This document shows, in pieces, positions 9,439-18,974 of a stretch of DNA of 64,000 nt. Source of the stretch: Candidatus Tayloriibacteriota bacterium (GTDB lineage: Bacteria; Patescibacteriota; Minisyncoccia; Phycocordibacterales; PALSA-1337). How positions within the stretch are numbered: the stretch's first letter is position 1; each line of letters starts with the position of its first letter. The position numbers were made by a program, and so were the translations under genes. The stretch covers positions 91,787 to 155,786 of the forward strand of contig JACRJP010000004.1 of NCBI GenBank assembly GCA_016215455.1, in the 5' to 3' direction. The notes under the pieces are model-generated. The model was not told where the DNA came from, ran no database searches, and saw nothing but the letters and a program-made list of their open reading frames with translations.

Positions 9439-10161
9439 TTAAATTAAAATTCCAATTTTCTTTAAAATCCCTTGTTTAACAATATTTGTGAATTTGGGTA
9501 GGCTTATTTGTGTGTAAAAACTTTCCCATCTTCTTTCTCCCCCTTTCTTATTTATAGAATATCCAGCAAATACATCAAAAAGTCCGTATTGGTTGTCTGA
9601 AAATGCGAATGGTGTTGTGGGTCCAAATTCATGTAAAACATAATTACGTATGTTATATAGGTGTTGTGCTACTACATCTATATATTTATCTATATTTTTC
9701 AAATTTCTATCTAGAGTTTGGTAGGATGGACCATAATCAGTATACCGACTCTCCTTAAACAATTCATGATATACCCTTTGATATCCACCTCCCGCTTCAT
9801 CTCTAATTTTTAGATTATCTAACAAATACAATTTATCAATTTTCTCTAATCGTCTCAGGAAAGATTTGAAATCGTCTATCAAATTATTGTTCTCTTCAAC
9901 TGCATCAATTAAAATAAACAAAAGAACGGGACGGAGTCTGTTTTCATCCTTGGCAATCTGAGTATCTAGTGATTGATAAAACGCAATTGAAAACAGAAAC
10001 CGTGTTGCATAATCTTCATTAAGCCCATTTAATGTACTAACAAATACTTCTCTATCAGAAAAGCCTACATCCTTAAAAAACTCTAGACAAGTACTTATAT
10101 ACCTCTCCTTTATATCAGATTCCATATTCTTGAGAATTGTATTTCTTAGATCTGTCACCAT
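9439..10161 (-). CDS. hypothetical protein (AT-rich, next to tRNA-Glu)
   Basis: 240-aa K/N/D-rich ORF; no recognisable domain. Confidence 0.45.
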   Translation of the reverse strand: MVTDLRNTILKNMESDIKERYISTCLEFFKDVGFSDREVFVSTLNGLNEDYATRFLFSIAFYQSLDTQIAKDENRLRPVLLFILIDAVEENNNLIDDFKSFLRRLEKIDKLYLLDNLKIRDEAGGGYQRVYHELFKESRYTDYGPSYQTLDRNLKNIDKYIDVVAQHLYNIRNYVLHEFGPTTPFAFSDNQYGLFDVFAGYSINKKGGERRWESFYTQISLPKFTNIVKQGILKKIGILI

Positions 10162-10213
10162 GTTCTGTACTATTATTCATAGGTATTACTATCTGCCACC
10201 TCCAGCAAATCTG

Positions 10214-10285
10214 TGACCCTACAGGGAATCGAACCCTGCTTTAAGCCTTGAGAAGGCCTTGTCCTAGCCGATAGACGATAGGGCC
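10214..10285 (-). tRNA. tRNA-Glu (anticodon CTC)
   Basis: Reverse complement folds as a cloverleaf: acceptor GGCCCTA/TAGGGTC, T-loop TTCGATT, anticodon loop TTCTCAA. CCA is not encoded. Confidence 0.7.
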
Positions 10286-10336
10286 ATATGTGCCAACATG
10301 GCACCACACATAAGCAACGACATAATATCCTGCTTT

Positions 10337-11707
10337 TTAGGGCTTAGCAAGCCATTCTTCATCGTGTCGTACGAGAAGTTCCTTTGCTCTATCACCCTCT
10401 TTAAGTAATGCTCGAGCAACACGTTCCATACGAATTGATTGTGAACCTTTTACAAGGACAACATCTCCTGGTGTTACAAAACTCTTGAGAAAATCTGCGG
10501 CTTCAGATGACCGTTCGAATGAATGTACTCGTGACGGATCCATACCAGCATCAAGTGCCCCTTGAGCAATTCCCTTTGAACGCATACCGACCACAACAAG
10601 TACATCAGCAGATGCTTTTGCAATTCCACCAGCACGAAGATGCTGTGGGACTGAATGTTTTCCAAGCTCCATCATATCTCCAAGAGCTGCAATCTTACGT
10701 CCTTGTGTACGAAGACCTGCAAGTTCAGCAAGTGCTTGATCCATTGCATCAGGTGATGCATTGTAACTATCATCAATGAGAGTAACTCCATTGATACCCT
10801 CAAGTATATTCATTCGACCTCGTGGAGGTTCATGATTATCAAAGGCTTTTACAACAGCCTCCAACGATATACCTCGAGCGAGAGCTACAGCAATACCACC
10901 GAGTACTGGGTACACATGCTGAAGACCAAGAACATGTACTAAATGAAGAGGTGCTGAAACTCCTTTGTAACTTACCATGAGTTTCATCCCTGCTGGAATA
11001 TTCCGACCATGTTCCACCCTATACACAGTCTCAATATCAGACGCAACAACATCAGCTTTTGAGATAACAGGCTTTTCTCCATGAAGAATATCTTGTTGTA
11101 ACGGTTTCTGAATACCAAACGTCACAATGGAAGCACCTGCTTTTACTGCTTTTTCCTTCTGAGCCATGACGATTTCATCATCAGCAGAAAGTACAGCAAC
11201 TCCTCCTTTCTTTACCCCCACAAGAAGTTGAGATTTTTCATTTGCCAGAGCTTCTGGAGTTGGAAAGAACTCAATATGAACAGGAACTTTACTAATCTTT
11301 GTAAGGACAGCAACATCAGGTCGTATCCATCGAACAATGTTCTTGATATCACCTGGATGATCTGCTCCGACTTCAACGATGAGAGTTTTAGGATAGTCTT
11401 CTTTAAGGAAAATGAGTTCAAGACCTGAGAGAAGAATTGAAAGCCATCCTGAAAGACTTCCCCATGCATTATCCTGACCGAGAATAGTGAGTGGGACACC
11501 GAGCTCGCTATTAAAACTCTTCTGATTTCTACGGATTGAGTGTGGAATGCTACTTGTTCCTGTTAGAGCGGTATAGATAGCATCTTTAGTTGATGTTTTA
11601 CCAACACTTCCCGTTACTGCAATTATCGTAGGTTTATACTTCGCCAAGATGATACGACATTCAACTTCAAGAAGAATAACAACGATTTTCTTAAGGAAAG
11701 ACTTCAT
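10337..11707 (-). CDS. murF: UDP-N-acetylmuramoyl-tripeptide--D-alanyl-D-alanine ligase
   Basis: Mur ligase P-loop TGSVGKTSTK plus the central and C-terminal Mur ligase domains. Located in the dcw cluster. Confidence 0.85.
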   Translation of the reverse strand: MKSFLKKIVVILLEVECRIILAKYKPTIIAVTGSVGKTSTKDAIYTALTGTSSIPHSIRRNQKSFNSELGVPLTILGQDNAWGSLSGWLSILLSGLELIFLKEDYPKTLIVEVGADHPGDIKNIVRWIRPDVAVLTKISKVPVHIEFFPTPEALANEKSQLLVGVKKGGVAVLSADDEIVMAQKEKAVKAGASIVTFGIQKPLQQDILHGEKPVISKADVVASDIETVYRVEHGRNIPAGMKLMVSYKGVSAPLHLVHVLGLQHVYPVLGGIAVALARGISLEAVVKAFDNHEPPRGRMNILEGINGVTLIDDSYNASPDAMDQALAELAGLRTQGRKIAALGDMMELGKHSVPQHLRAGGIAKASADVLVVVGMRSKGIAQGALDAGMDPSRVHSFERSSEAADFLKSFVTPGDVVLVKGSQSIRMERVARALLKEGDRAKELLVRHDEEWLAKP

Positions 11708-12105
11708 GATGTGTAATTATTTAAAAATATCTTAAATTCTTCAAGTGTCGTAAACGTACCTTTTTCTTTGATTACTGGTGCAAATTCTTTGACAATCGCA
11801 TCAAGTTCTTCTTGAGAGACCTCAAGGAGAACTTTAGTCTCAATTGGCACGTCACAACGCCACACCTTCATGTAACCATACAGTGTGCCTGAGCCTACGA
11901 AAACATCAAGATCGTGTTTGTCTTCACTCTGATACCCTTCGATGTATCCATAGTCAACAGGATACGTCACACCCTTCAAAGGATACTTCTCCCAAACAGG
12001 ATCGTTATCAATTTCAAATGATTTATAACTCCCTTTCGGATTCTCTATCACAATCGACAGATCAGATGTGTGTACTGTATGCGGCATGACATTAATTATA
12101 TACAA
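11704..12105 (-). CDS. family I inorganic pyrophosphatase-like protein (short)
   Basis: PPase core pattern YPVDYGYIEG...DKHDLDVFV (cf. YPxNYGFI...DGDPLDVLV). Stop overlaps the murF start (ATGA). Only 133 aa. Confidence 0.5.
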   Translation of the reverse strand: MYIINVMPHTVHTSDLSIVIENPKGSYKSFEIDNDPVWEKYPLKGVTYPVDYGYIEGYQSEDKHDLDVFVGSGTLYGYMKVWRCDVPIETKVLLEVSQEELDAIVKEFAPVIKEKGTFTTLEEFKIFLNNYTS

Positions 12106-12166
12106 ATTCCCTTATAAAGACAGGTATGTTAGTGTTGGAACGGATCACTCACAAAAACTCTTTACC

Positions 12167-12928
12167 ATGGAAGTCTATAGCGTCTCTCAAGTAGATTGGA
12201 CGTTGCAACTTACACCGTCAACCGATTCTCCGATTATCATGAGTGTTCCTCATGATGGACTTCCTCGAAGCGACTTCGAGGGTCTTTTTGTCCCACGAAA
12301 TTCTGGTCATCACTGTCGTGATATGTATGTCTGGAACTTTGTAAGAGACATACTCACTCATCATCCATCATATGGAATACGAGGTCTTTTACCTCGAAAA
12401 TTCGTTGACTACAATCGAGCTTGGCCACAAGCGATAAACTACTACCCTCTCACGCAAGCAGAAGCACACACAGCACTCGATGATGAGCGTTTAGTCACAG
12501 CCTGGGAAACATATCACAGAAGCATCGAATCCAACCTATCTCGTTGTATTTCAAAATTCGGTGTAAAGAGAACTCTTCTCATCGACATGCACGGATTCAT
12601 CAAACAACCCGAGTATGCTCCCCATGAAGGCTTTGATCTCATTCTAGGGACTGGAAACCGCATTACGATTCCCTACGGTAATCCAGATGAACAATTAGCC
12701 AACTACATGACTGAACGTGGGTATCACGTGTTCTTGCCTCAACCTCAATCTATTGGACCTCTCGAGGATGTTTACGCTGCGGATTTTACAACCCGACATC
12801 ACGCAGAAACTTCACGAGTCAATGCAATTCAAATTGAGATCGCGAATAAGTTTCGGACAAAGCACGGCCGTGATGCAGGTATCAAACTGGCACAATGCTT
12901 TGCTGAATTCTTTGCCACGATATCATAA
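12167..12928 (+). CDS. N-formylglutamate amidohydrolase (FGase) family protein
   Basis: SVPHDG and LIDMHGF motifs typical of pfam05013. ATG at 12167 chosen; the track ORF extends to 12068 but overlaps the convergent gene. Confidence 0.45.
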   Translation: MEVYSVSQVDWTLQLTPSTDSPIIMSVPHDGLPRSDFEGLFVPRNSGHHCRDMYVWNFVRDILTHHPSYGIRGLLPRKFVDYNRAWPQAINYYPLTQAEAHTALDDERLVTAWETYHRSIESNLSRCISKFGVKRTLLIDMHGFIKQPEYAPHEGFDLILGTGNRITIPYGNPDEQLANYMTERGYHVFLPQPQSIGPLEDVYAADFTTRHHAETSRVNAIQIEIANKFRTKHGRDAGIKLAQCFAEFFATIS

Positions 12929-12958
12929 ACAGCACATAGGTTGTATTTTTATTTACAT

Positions 12959-14665
12959 CTATCTATCAGGTGGTACTTCGTAATAATTAATAAGAAACTT
13001 ATTAATATCCATAACAGGTGCAGTAAGAGTTTCAGAGGCATATTGTGCTCCCTTTGGATATACCTGATACATGAAAACAAGAAATTGCGGATTATACGCT
13101 GGGAAATAATTAAAGAACGAGTGTAGGTAGCGATCTTTGTAGTAACCACCTGCCCCACGCTCTGCTATCTGTGCTGTTCCTGTCTTTGCAGCAACAGTAT
13201 AGTGTTCATTTTTATACACTCCCTTACGAAGGGCCTCATCTACCACTCGAATGAGCATCCGAGTAATTTCTTCTGATGTTTCTTTCTTAATGACCCGAGC
13301 GCCCTCAGAATATTCGATCTCTTTGACTGATCCTCCATCATATTCAATACGTTGTACAAGGTGTGGTGTAATGAGGGTACCTCCATTTGCAAGTACAGAG
13401 AGAGCTCGGACAGTTTCAATTGGTGTTGTTGCAATACTCTGACCGAAACCCGCTGATACATGGTCAATATCCTGATTTGTTTTCAAACTATTAATACCGA
13501 CAGCTTCATTTGGTTGATCGATACCTGTCTTTTCACCGAGACCGAACCCAAGAAAATATTTTGTCATGGTTTCATTACCAAGACGCTTAACAATGAAGGC
13601 AATACCGGTGTTAAGTGACTGACTCAAAATTTCTTGCATCGGCACAACACCACGACCCTTGAAGTCGAAGTTTGAAATCTTTTTACCATCAACTTCCACG
13701 AAACCCTTGTCATCATACGTTGTAGCAGCAGTGATGACCCCAGCATCGAGACCAGCGGCAACGGTCAAAGGTTTCAAGATCGATCCCATTTCGTACACAT
13801 TCTCAACAAGAGGATTTGAATACACACGCGGGTCTTCTGATTCCTTTCGATCATTCGGGTTAAAACCTGGCAAAGCTGCCATTGCATAAATTTCACCCGT
13901 CTTTGGATTAATGACAATTGCCCCAATGGTATCAGGACTCCATTGTGCTTTTGTCTTCACAAGTACTGACTCAACATAACTCTGCACCGAAGGTTCAATC
14001 GTCGTCACAATATCACCTTGTCCTGATCGATTATTAAACACACTTGAAGTGATACCTGAAAAAAGTTCAGCAAAAAAGTTTACATACACTTCTTTGTTAT
14101 TTCTCGAAAGAGTATCTTCATAATATCGTTCGAGTCCATAACGTCCTGCAATGACATCTCCTTTATACCCAATGAAACCAATAGAATGTGCTGCTATACC
14201 GTTCGCAGGATAGGTACGCCATGTATCCTTATACGTCCTCACACCAGGAATCTTCGCAGCTTCAAGCGCAACAGCTGTATCACGATCAACGCGTTTTGCA
14301 ATCTCTTCGTATGGATCTTCTTTACGAGCTGCCTTTTCAAGAAATTGCTCTTTATCAAGAGAAATAAAAGTTTTCAATTTTTCATATACCACCTCAGTGT
14401 CGGTAATGAGCTTTGGAATAATCGCTACTGTTGCTCCATCTTTAATTCCTGCAGCAGTCACTCGAGTTCCATCTTTTACTTCAAAGAAAATAGACCCACG
14501 ATCAAATGTTGCATTGATAGGTCGAGCATACTGTCGATCTGCTTTCTCACGATAGAGATCCCCCTTAACAATCTGAATGAGATAAAGGTCACCGATAATA
14601 ACAAGAGCCGCGAGAGCAATTCCCACGGAAAGAATACGTATACGGATGTGATACTTAGAGTTCAT
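12959..14665 (-). CDS. ftsI: penicillin-binding protein (FtsI/PBP3-type transpeptidase)
   Basis: N-terminal TM anchor; transpeptidase SxxK (GSILKP), SxN and KTG-type motifs. Sits between ftsL and murF. Confidence 0.85.
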   Translation of the reverse strand: MNSKYHIRIRILSVGIALAALVIIGDLYLIQIVKGDLYREKADRQYARPINATFDRGSIFFEVKDGTRVTAAGIKDGATVAIIPKLITDTEVVYEKLKTFISLDKEQFLEKAARKEDPYEEIAKRVDRDTAVALEAAKIPGVRTYKDTWRTYPANGIAAHSIGFIGYKGDVIAGRYGLERYYEDTLSRNNKEVYVNFFAELFSGITSSVFNNRSGQGDIVTTIEPSVQSYVESVLVKTKAQWSPDTIGAIVINPKTGEIYAMAALPGFNPNDRKESEDPRVYSNPLVENVYEMGSILKPLTVAAGLDAGVITAATTYDDKGFVEVDGKKISNFDFKGRGVVPMQEILSQSLNTGIAFIVKRLGNETMTKYFLGFGLGEKTGIDQPNEAVGINSLKTNQDIDHVSAGFGQSIATTPIETVRALSVLANGGTLITPHLVQRIEYDGGSVKEIEYSEGARVIKKETSEEITRMLIRVVDEALRKGVYKNEHYTVAAKTGTAQIAERGAGGYYKDRYLHSFFNYFPAYNPQFLVFMYQVYPKGAQYASETLTAPVMDINKFLINYYEVPPDR

Positions 14666-14984
14666 TCGACAACGTAAGCTGTCCTAGAGAGCCTTTTTTA
14701 ATATAACTTAAATGATTCGCCTCTTTGAAACCTCGATCAAATGCCAATTCGAGTGTCACAGTATTCTTGAGAGCAAGATATGAAGATTCAAGATCAGCAA
14801 CACGTGATGTTGCAATACGTAACTCCTTTATCATCGCCTCACGCTCAACAACATTTACAATCGCCTTCTGAAGAAGATATCCGTATGAGATAGCGCTTAC
14901 TGCAAGAAGTGCACATAGTGTATAGAAAATACGCTCTCGGTAGAGATGAACTTTTGAAATTGTTGTTGCTACTGCTTTTGTCAT
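14655..14984 (-). CDS. ftsL: cell division protein FtsL-like
   Basis: 109 aa with a single TM and a coiled coil, between rsmH and ftsI. Confidence 0.5.
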   Translation of the reverse strand: MTKAVATTISKVHLYRERIFYTLCALLAVSAISYGYLLQKAIVNVVEREAMIKELRIATSRVADLESSYLALKNTVTLELAFDRGFKEANHLSYIKKGSLGQLTLSNEL

Positions 14985-15009
14985 ATATAAAAATTGAACT
15001 AACTAAAAA

Positions 15010-15930
15010 TTACATAACTATCTTTTCAATAATACGGAGCTTTGCACTTCGAGCTCGCGGATTATGCATAATCTCTGCATCAGATGGCACCAAAGGCTTT
15101 TTCATCATAAGTGTCCCCTTTCCTTCATCTGATTTCTCACGAAAAAAGTTTTTAACAATACGATCTTCGAGACTGTGGAAAGAAATAACTGCCATACGTC
15201 CACCTACACTCAATCGATCAAACCCAGCAGCAATACCTTGTTTGAGAGCTCCAATTTCATCATTCACCGTAATACGGAGAGCTTGAAATGTTCGAGTTGC
15301 TGGATGAATCCGTCCAACATGATAGCTTCGTGGAGTTGCCTTCTTTATGAGTTCAACGAGCTCAAATGTTGTTGCAATCTCTTTTTCTTTACGAGCTTCA
15401 CATAGTACTCGAGCAATGCGTCGAGCGTACCGTTCTTCTCCGTACCCATAGATGATGTCTGCAATATTTGACTCATCCCATGTATTGACGATCTCCTTTG
15501 CAGTAAGATCTTCTGGAGTAAGTGTTGCAGCGTCTTTGAATGTCATGAGAAGTGGTTCGTCTCGCTTGAAACTAAAACCTCGTCCTGATGTTTCAAATTG
15601 ATCTGACGAAAGTCCAAGATCAAGCATGAAAGCATCGATATGCCCTATACCCTTTTCATCCAACTTTGTAGCAATATTTCGGTAACTATCTTGGATAAGA
15701 GTTACCGTAAGACCCTTTGCTACAGCATTTGCCAATCGCTCAGTACTTCGAGCTAACGCTCCCGCATCACGATCAAATCCAATAACATGCCCTTTGGTAC
15801 CAATCTTTTGAGCGGCCAAAAGAGCATGTCCAGCACTTCCTAGAGTTCCATCAACGTAGATGGCTCCAGGACGGAGGTTAAGACCTTCGATTGATTCATG
15901 TAAAAGAACGGTAGTGTGAATGTACTCCAT
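15010..15930 (-). CDS. rsmH: 16S rRNA (cytosine1402-N4)-methyltransferase
   Basis: MraW family signature ...VDGTLGSAGHA... and the SAM-binding fold. Confidence 0.9.
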   Translation of the reverse strand: MEYIHTTVLLHESIEGLNLRPGAIYVDGTLGSAGHALLAAQKIGTKGHVIGFDRDAGALARSTERLANAVAKGLTVTLIQDSYRNIATKLDEKGIGHIDAFMLDLGLSSDQFETSGRGFSFKRDEPLLMTFKDAATLTPEDLTAKEIVNTWDESNIADIIYGYGEERYARRIARVLCEARKEKEIATTFELVELIKKATPRSYHVGRIHPATRTFQALRITVNDEIGALKQGIAAGFDRLSVGGRMAVISFHSLEDRIVKNFFREKSDEGKGTLMMKKPLVPSDAEIMHNPRARSAKLRIIEKIVM

Positions 15931-15931
15931 A

Positions 15932-16405
15932 TTAGAGCATTCCTACCTGACCCAACTTTTCTGCGAGTGCATCAGCTTGCTTCTCGACTACCTTCTTGTA
16001 CTCGAGCCAAGCCTTTTCATTCCAGATTTCTGCACGTGTCTGAACTCCAATGACTACTGTCTTGTTTTTAAGTCCAGCACGTTCCTTAAGAAAATCAGGA
16101 ATGAGAATGCGACCTATCGAATCGATCTCTGCTTCAACAGCTCCTCCAAGAAGAAAGCGGTTGAAACTTCGACTGTCTGCCGACAACATTGATGATTCAG
16201 AAAGCTTTCCCGAAATCTTTTCCCATTCCTTCATCGCGAAGACGAAGATACATGAGTCAAGACCAGGAGTAAGCACAACCTTCTTCCCCATTTCTTGGCG
16301 GAACTTAGAAGGCATCGATAAACGATTCTTATCGTCGATGGTGTGGGTGTATTCTCCGATCAGCATATGCGCGCAAGTGAGAAGAAATCTTTTATACCAC
16401 TTCAT
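15932..16405 (-). CDS. mraZ: transcriptional regulator MraZ
   Basis: Two DXXXR-type MraZ repeats (IDDKNRLSMP / IDSIGRILIP). First gene of the dcw cluster. Confidence 0.85.
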   Translation of the reverse strand: MKWYKRFLLTCAHMLIGEYTHTIDDKNRLSMPSKFRQEMGKKVVLTPGLDSCIFVFAMKEWEKISGKLSESSMLSADSRSFNRFLLGGAVEAEIDSIGRILIPDFLKERAGLKNKTVVIGVQTRAEIWNEKAWLEYKKVVEKQADALAEKLGQVGML

Positions 16406-16500
16406 CCCACTTAAGTAATATTATATACCACTCTATCCCACACACCAACATATCGCACCACCCTATTATGGGGATTACCTGTGTATAAGTTACAAAAGTA

Positions 16501-16526
16501 AAAACAGCCGTGTGTGGCTGTTTTTG
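16501..16526. terminator. bidirectional rho-independent terminator hairpin
   Basis: AAAAACAGCC-gtgtgt-GGCTGTTTTT with an A-run and a T-run on either side. Lies between the upstream small gene and the mraZ promoter region. Confidence 0.5.
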
Positions 16527-16591
16527 AAAATAATAAAAATCACTCTAACGTGGTGACGGGACGGCATGTAGGTTTCATGCAATTTTTCGAT

Positions 16592-16819
16592 CTAGAGGAT
16601 CTGGGTTATTTTGATGTGAAGGCCAACCCCAACAGCCCCAAATAGAATTGCGAGGGTCAACCATAAAACCCACAGTATAGGTTCGAAACCAGACTTCCGC
16701 TTACTGAACGGAACCGGATACTTGTAGGAGAAGAAGCTCATGCTGCCCATAATGGCGGCCAAAATATAGAGGAAGGTATACGGTGTCATACAGATCTCCG
16801 TTTCTTTTAATTCTACCAA
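16592..16819 (-). CDS. small membrane protein (hypothetical)
   Basis: 75 aa with 2 TM helices. Confidence 0.3.
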   Translation of the reverse strand: MVELKETEICMTPYTFLYILAAIMGSMSFFSYKYPVPFSKRKSGFEPILWVLWLTLAILFGAVGVGLHIKITQIL

Positions 16820-16951
16820 CCAGACTTTTTTGAGGAGCTGGTTTTTGTGATACTCGTGGGTAACGAGGTGGCCTTAGACATAACTTATGTCGGAGGGCTA
16901 TCTGAGTAATATTATACAACAGATATATGATATAGGTCAATATATCATGAA

Positions 16952-18412
16952 TTATTCCTTCTCTTTCGGTCTCATAAGTGGGAATGTCTGCAACTCTCGA
17001 AGTGGCTTATCAACAAAGAAAGCAAAGAGTCGTTCGCCAAAACCGAATCCGCATGTTGGTGGCATACCGTGTTCAAGCATTTCAACAAATTCCCAATCAG
17101 CCATCATTGCTTCAGTGTCACCTGCATTAATAAGCTTCTGTTGTGCTTCAAAACGCTGTCGCTGATCGATAGGATCATTGAGTTCAGAATATCCACGACC
17201 AAGTTCACTTCCTGCGATAATAGGCTGGAACATTTGCACCACATCTTTACCTGGAACAGTTTTTGCAAGAGGACCAACAATGAGTGGGTGGTTAATGAGA
17301 AAAGCAGGACCAGTAATATTCTTACGGCAATATTTCCAAAGAGTATCGATCAATCGTTCTTTATTATCCCCTTCATACTTCACCTTGAGATCATCGAGCT
17401 TCTTCTTCATATCTTTCTCTGTTGCTGAAACAACATCGATACCCGTCTGCTTCTTTATTTCTTCAACATAGTCAATCTTCGTCCATTCATTCATGAGATC
17501 AAATGTGTGACCTCGAGTTGTGAATGATGTTGTACCAAATACTTCCTTTGCAATTGTTCGATAAAGATCCTGAACAAGAGCCATACCCATTTCATAGTCA
17601 GCATATCCCCAATAGAATTCCATATTAGTAAATTCCTGAAGATGATCAGGGCTTGAACCTTCATTACGATATACTCGGCCAATTTCAAATGTCTTTGGAA
17701 AACCAGCAGACATCAAACGCTTTTGCCAAAGTTCACCAACAGAAATGCGAAGATACACATCAAGATCATAGTCATTGTGATGTGTTTCAAATGGAGTAGC
17801 TTCTGCTCCACCTGTTGTTGTTTCAAGAGTTGGAGTTTCAACTTCAAGAAAACCTTGTTTCTTCAAAAATTCACGCGTAACATCCCAGAATTTTGACTTC
17901 TTGATCAAAAGATCACGGAGCTCGGGGTTCATGAGAATATCGAGATAACGCTTACGGTACCGTTCATCAGTATCCTGAATACCATGCCATTTGTCAGGCA
18001 AAGGAGCGATTGATTTTGTAGCAATCGTCCATGATGTCATGAGGAGACTTTGTTCACCTCGTTGAGTTACAAAAACAGTTCCTGTGACTGAGATAAAATC
18101 ACCAATATCAATACCTGCTGCAAAGAGATCAAAAAGTGTAGCATCGAGAGAGTCTTTTTTGACAACTACTTGGAATTTATCAGTACCATCATATAGAACA
18201 ACGAATTGAATCGCGCCCTGACCTCGAATAGCCATGATACGTCCTGCAACTGATATAGACTTCTGGCTTTTTTCAAGTTCAGCAAACTGAGCACGAAGTT
18301 CGGCAAGAGAAAGATCTCTCGGCACACGTGCCGGATATGGATGCATACCTGCCTTCTCGAGAATCTTTAACTTCTCAAGACGCGTTGCACGGAGTTCATC
18401 GAGAGATGCCAT
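16952..18412 (-). CDS. lysS: lysine--tRNA ligase (class II)
   Basis: N-terminal OB anticodon-binding domain; class II motifs FEIGRVYRNEG and GGAEATPFETH. Confidence 0.9.
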   Translation of the reverse strand: MASLDELRATRLEKLKILEKAGMHPYPARVPRDLSLAELRAQFAELEKSQKSISVAGRIMAIRGQGAIQFVVLYDGTDKFQVVVKKDSLDATLFDLFAAGIDIGDFISVTGTVFVTQRGEQSLLMTSWTIATKSIAPLPDKWHGIQDTDERYRKRYLDILMNPELRDLLIKKSKFWDVTREFLKKQGFLEVETPTLETTTGGAEATPFETHHNDYDLDVYLRISVGELWQKRLMSAGFPKTFEIGRVYRNEGSSPDHLQEFTNMEFYWGYADYEMGMALVQDLYRTIAKEVFGTTSFTTRGHTFDLMNEWTKIDYVEEIKKQTGIDVVSATEKDMKKKLDDLKVKYEGDNKERLIDTLWKYCRKNITGPAFLINHPLIVGPLAKTVPGKDVVQMFQPIIAGSELGRGYSELNDPIDQRQRFEAQQKLINAGDTEAMMADWEFVEMLEHGMPPTCGFGFGERLFAFFVDKPLRELQTFPLMRPKEKE

Positions 18413-18433
18413 ATAAATAGAGGGGTGATTGAA

Positions 18434-18907
18434 TTATTCAATCGATAGTATCTTGTAATTTACTTTGCCTTTTGGAGTATTGAAACCAACAGTATCACCC
18501 TTCTTCTTGCCTATAAGAGCCTGTCCGAGTGGTGAGAGATTTGAAACCTTACCTTCAAGCATGTTTGCTTCTTCAGAACCAACAATCTTGTATTTCTTAT
18601 TTTCTGACTCACCTTCCTTAACAACTTGTACAGTAGAACCGATACCGACTGTATCTCCTTGTCGATCTTCTCCGATAATAATAGCAGTTTTTAGGATAGC
18701 TTCGAGGTGATTAATACGATCTTCTACCTCTGCCTGTTCTGAACGAGCTTCATGGTATTCAGCATTCTCTGAAAGGTCACCAAGCTTTTTTGCGTATTCG
18801 AGACTTTCTGCAACTTCCTTGCGCCGAGTGGTCCGAAGTGTGTCGAGTTCTTTCTTAAATTCTTCAATCTTTTCTTTGGTAAGATATTGTTTTTCTTCGT
18901 TTGCCAT
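18434..18907 (-). CDS. greA: transcription elongation factor GreA
   Basis: N-terminal coiled coil and C-terminal FKBP-like domain ...GDTVGFNTPKGKVNYKILSI. Confidence 0.9.
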   Translation of the reverse strand: MANEEKQYLTKEKIEEFKKELDTLRTTRRKEVAESLEYAKKLGDLSENAEYHEARSEQAEVEDRINHLEAILKTAIIIGEDRQGDTVGIGSTVQVVKEGESENKKYKIVGSEEANMLEGKVSNLSPLGQALIGKKKGDTVGFNTPKGKVNYKILSIE

Positions 18908-18974
18908 TGTGATCGCCTAATAACGGGTTATAAGGCTATCATCATACCTAAAAAAACGTGTAAAGTAAAGTGTA

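Noticed and set aside
12068-12166. Upstream extension of the FGase-family ORF
   Set aside because: It overlaps the convergent pyrophosphatase-like gene on the other strand. The first internal ATG, at 12167, was chosen.
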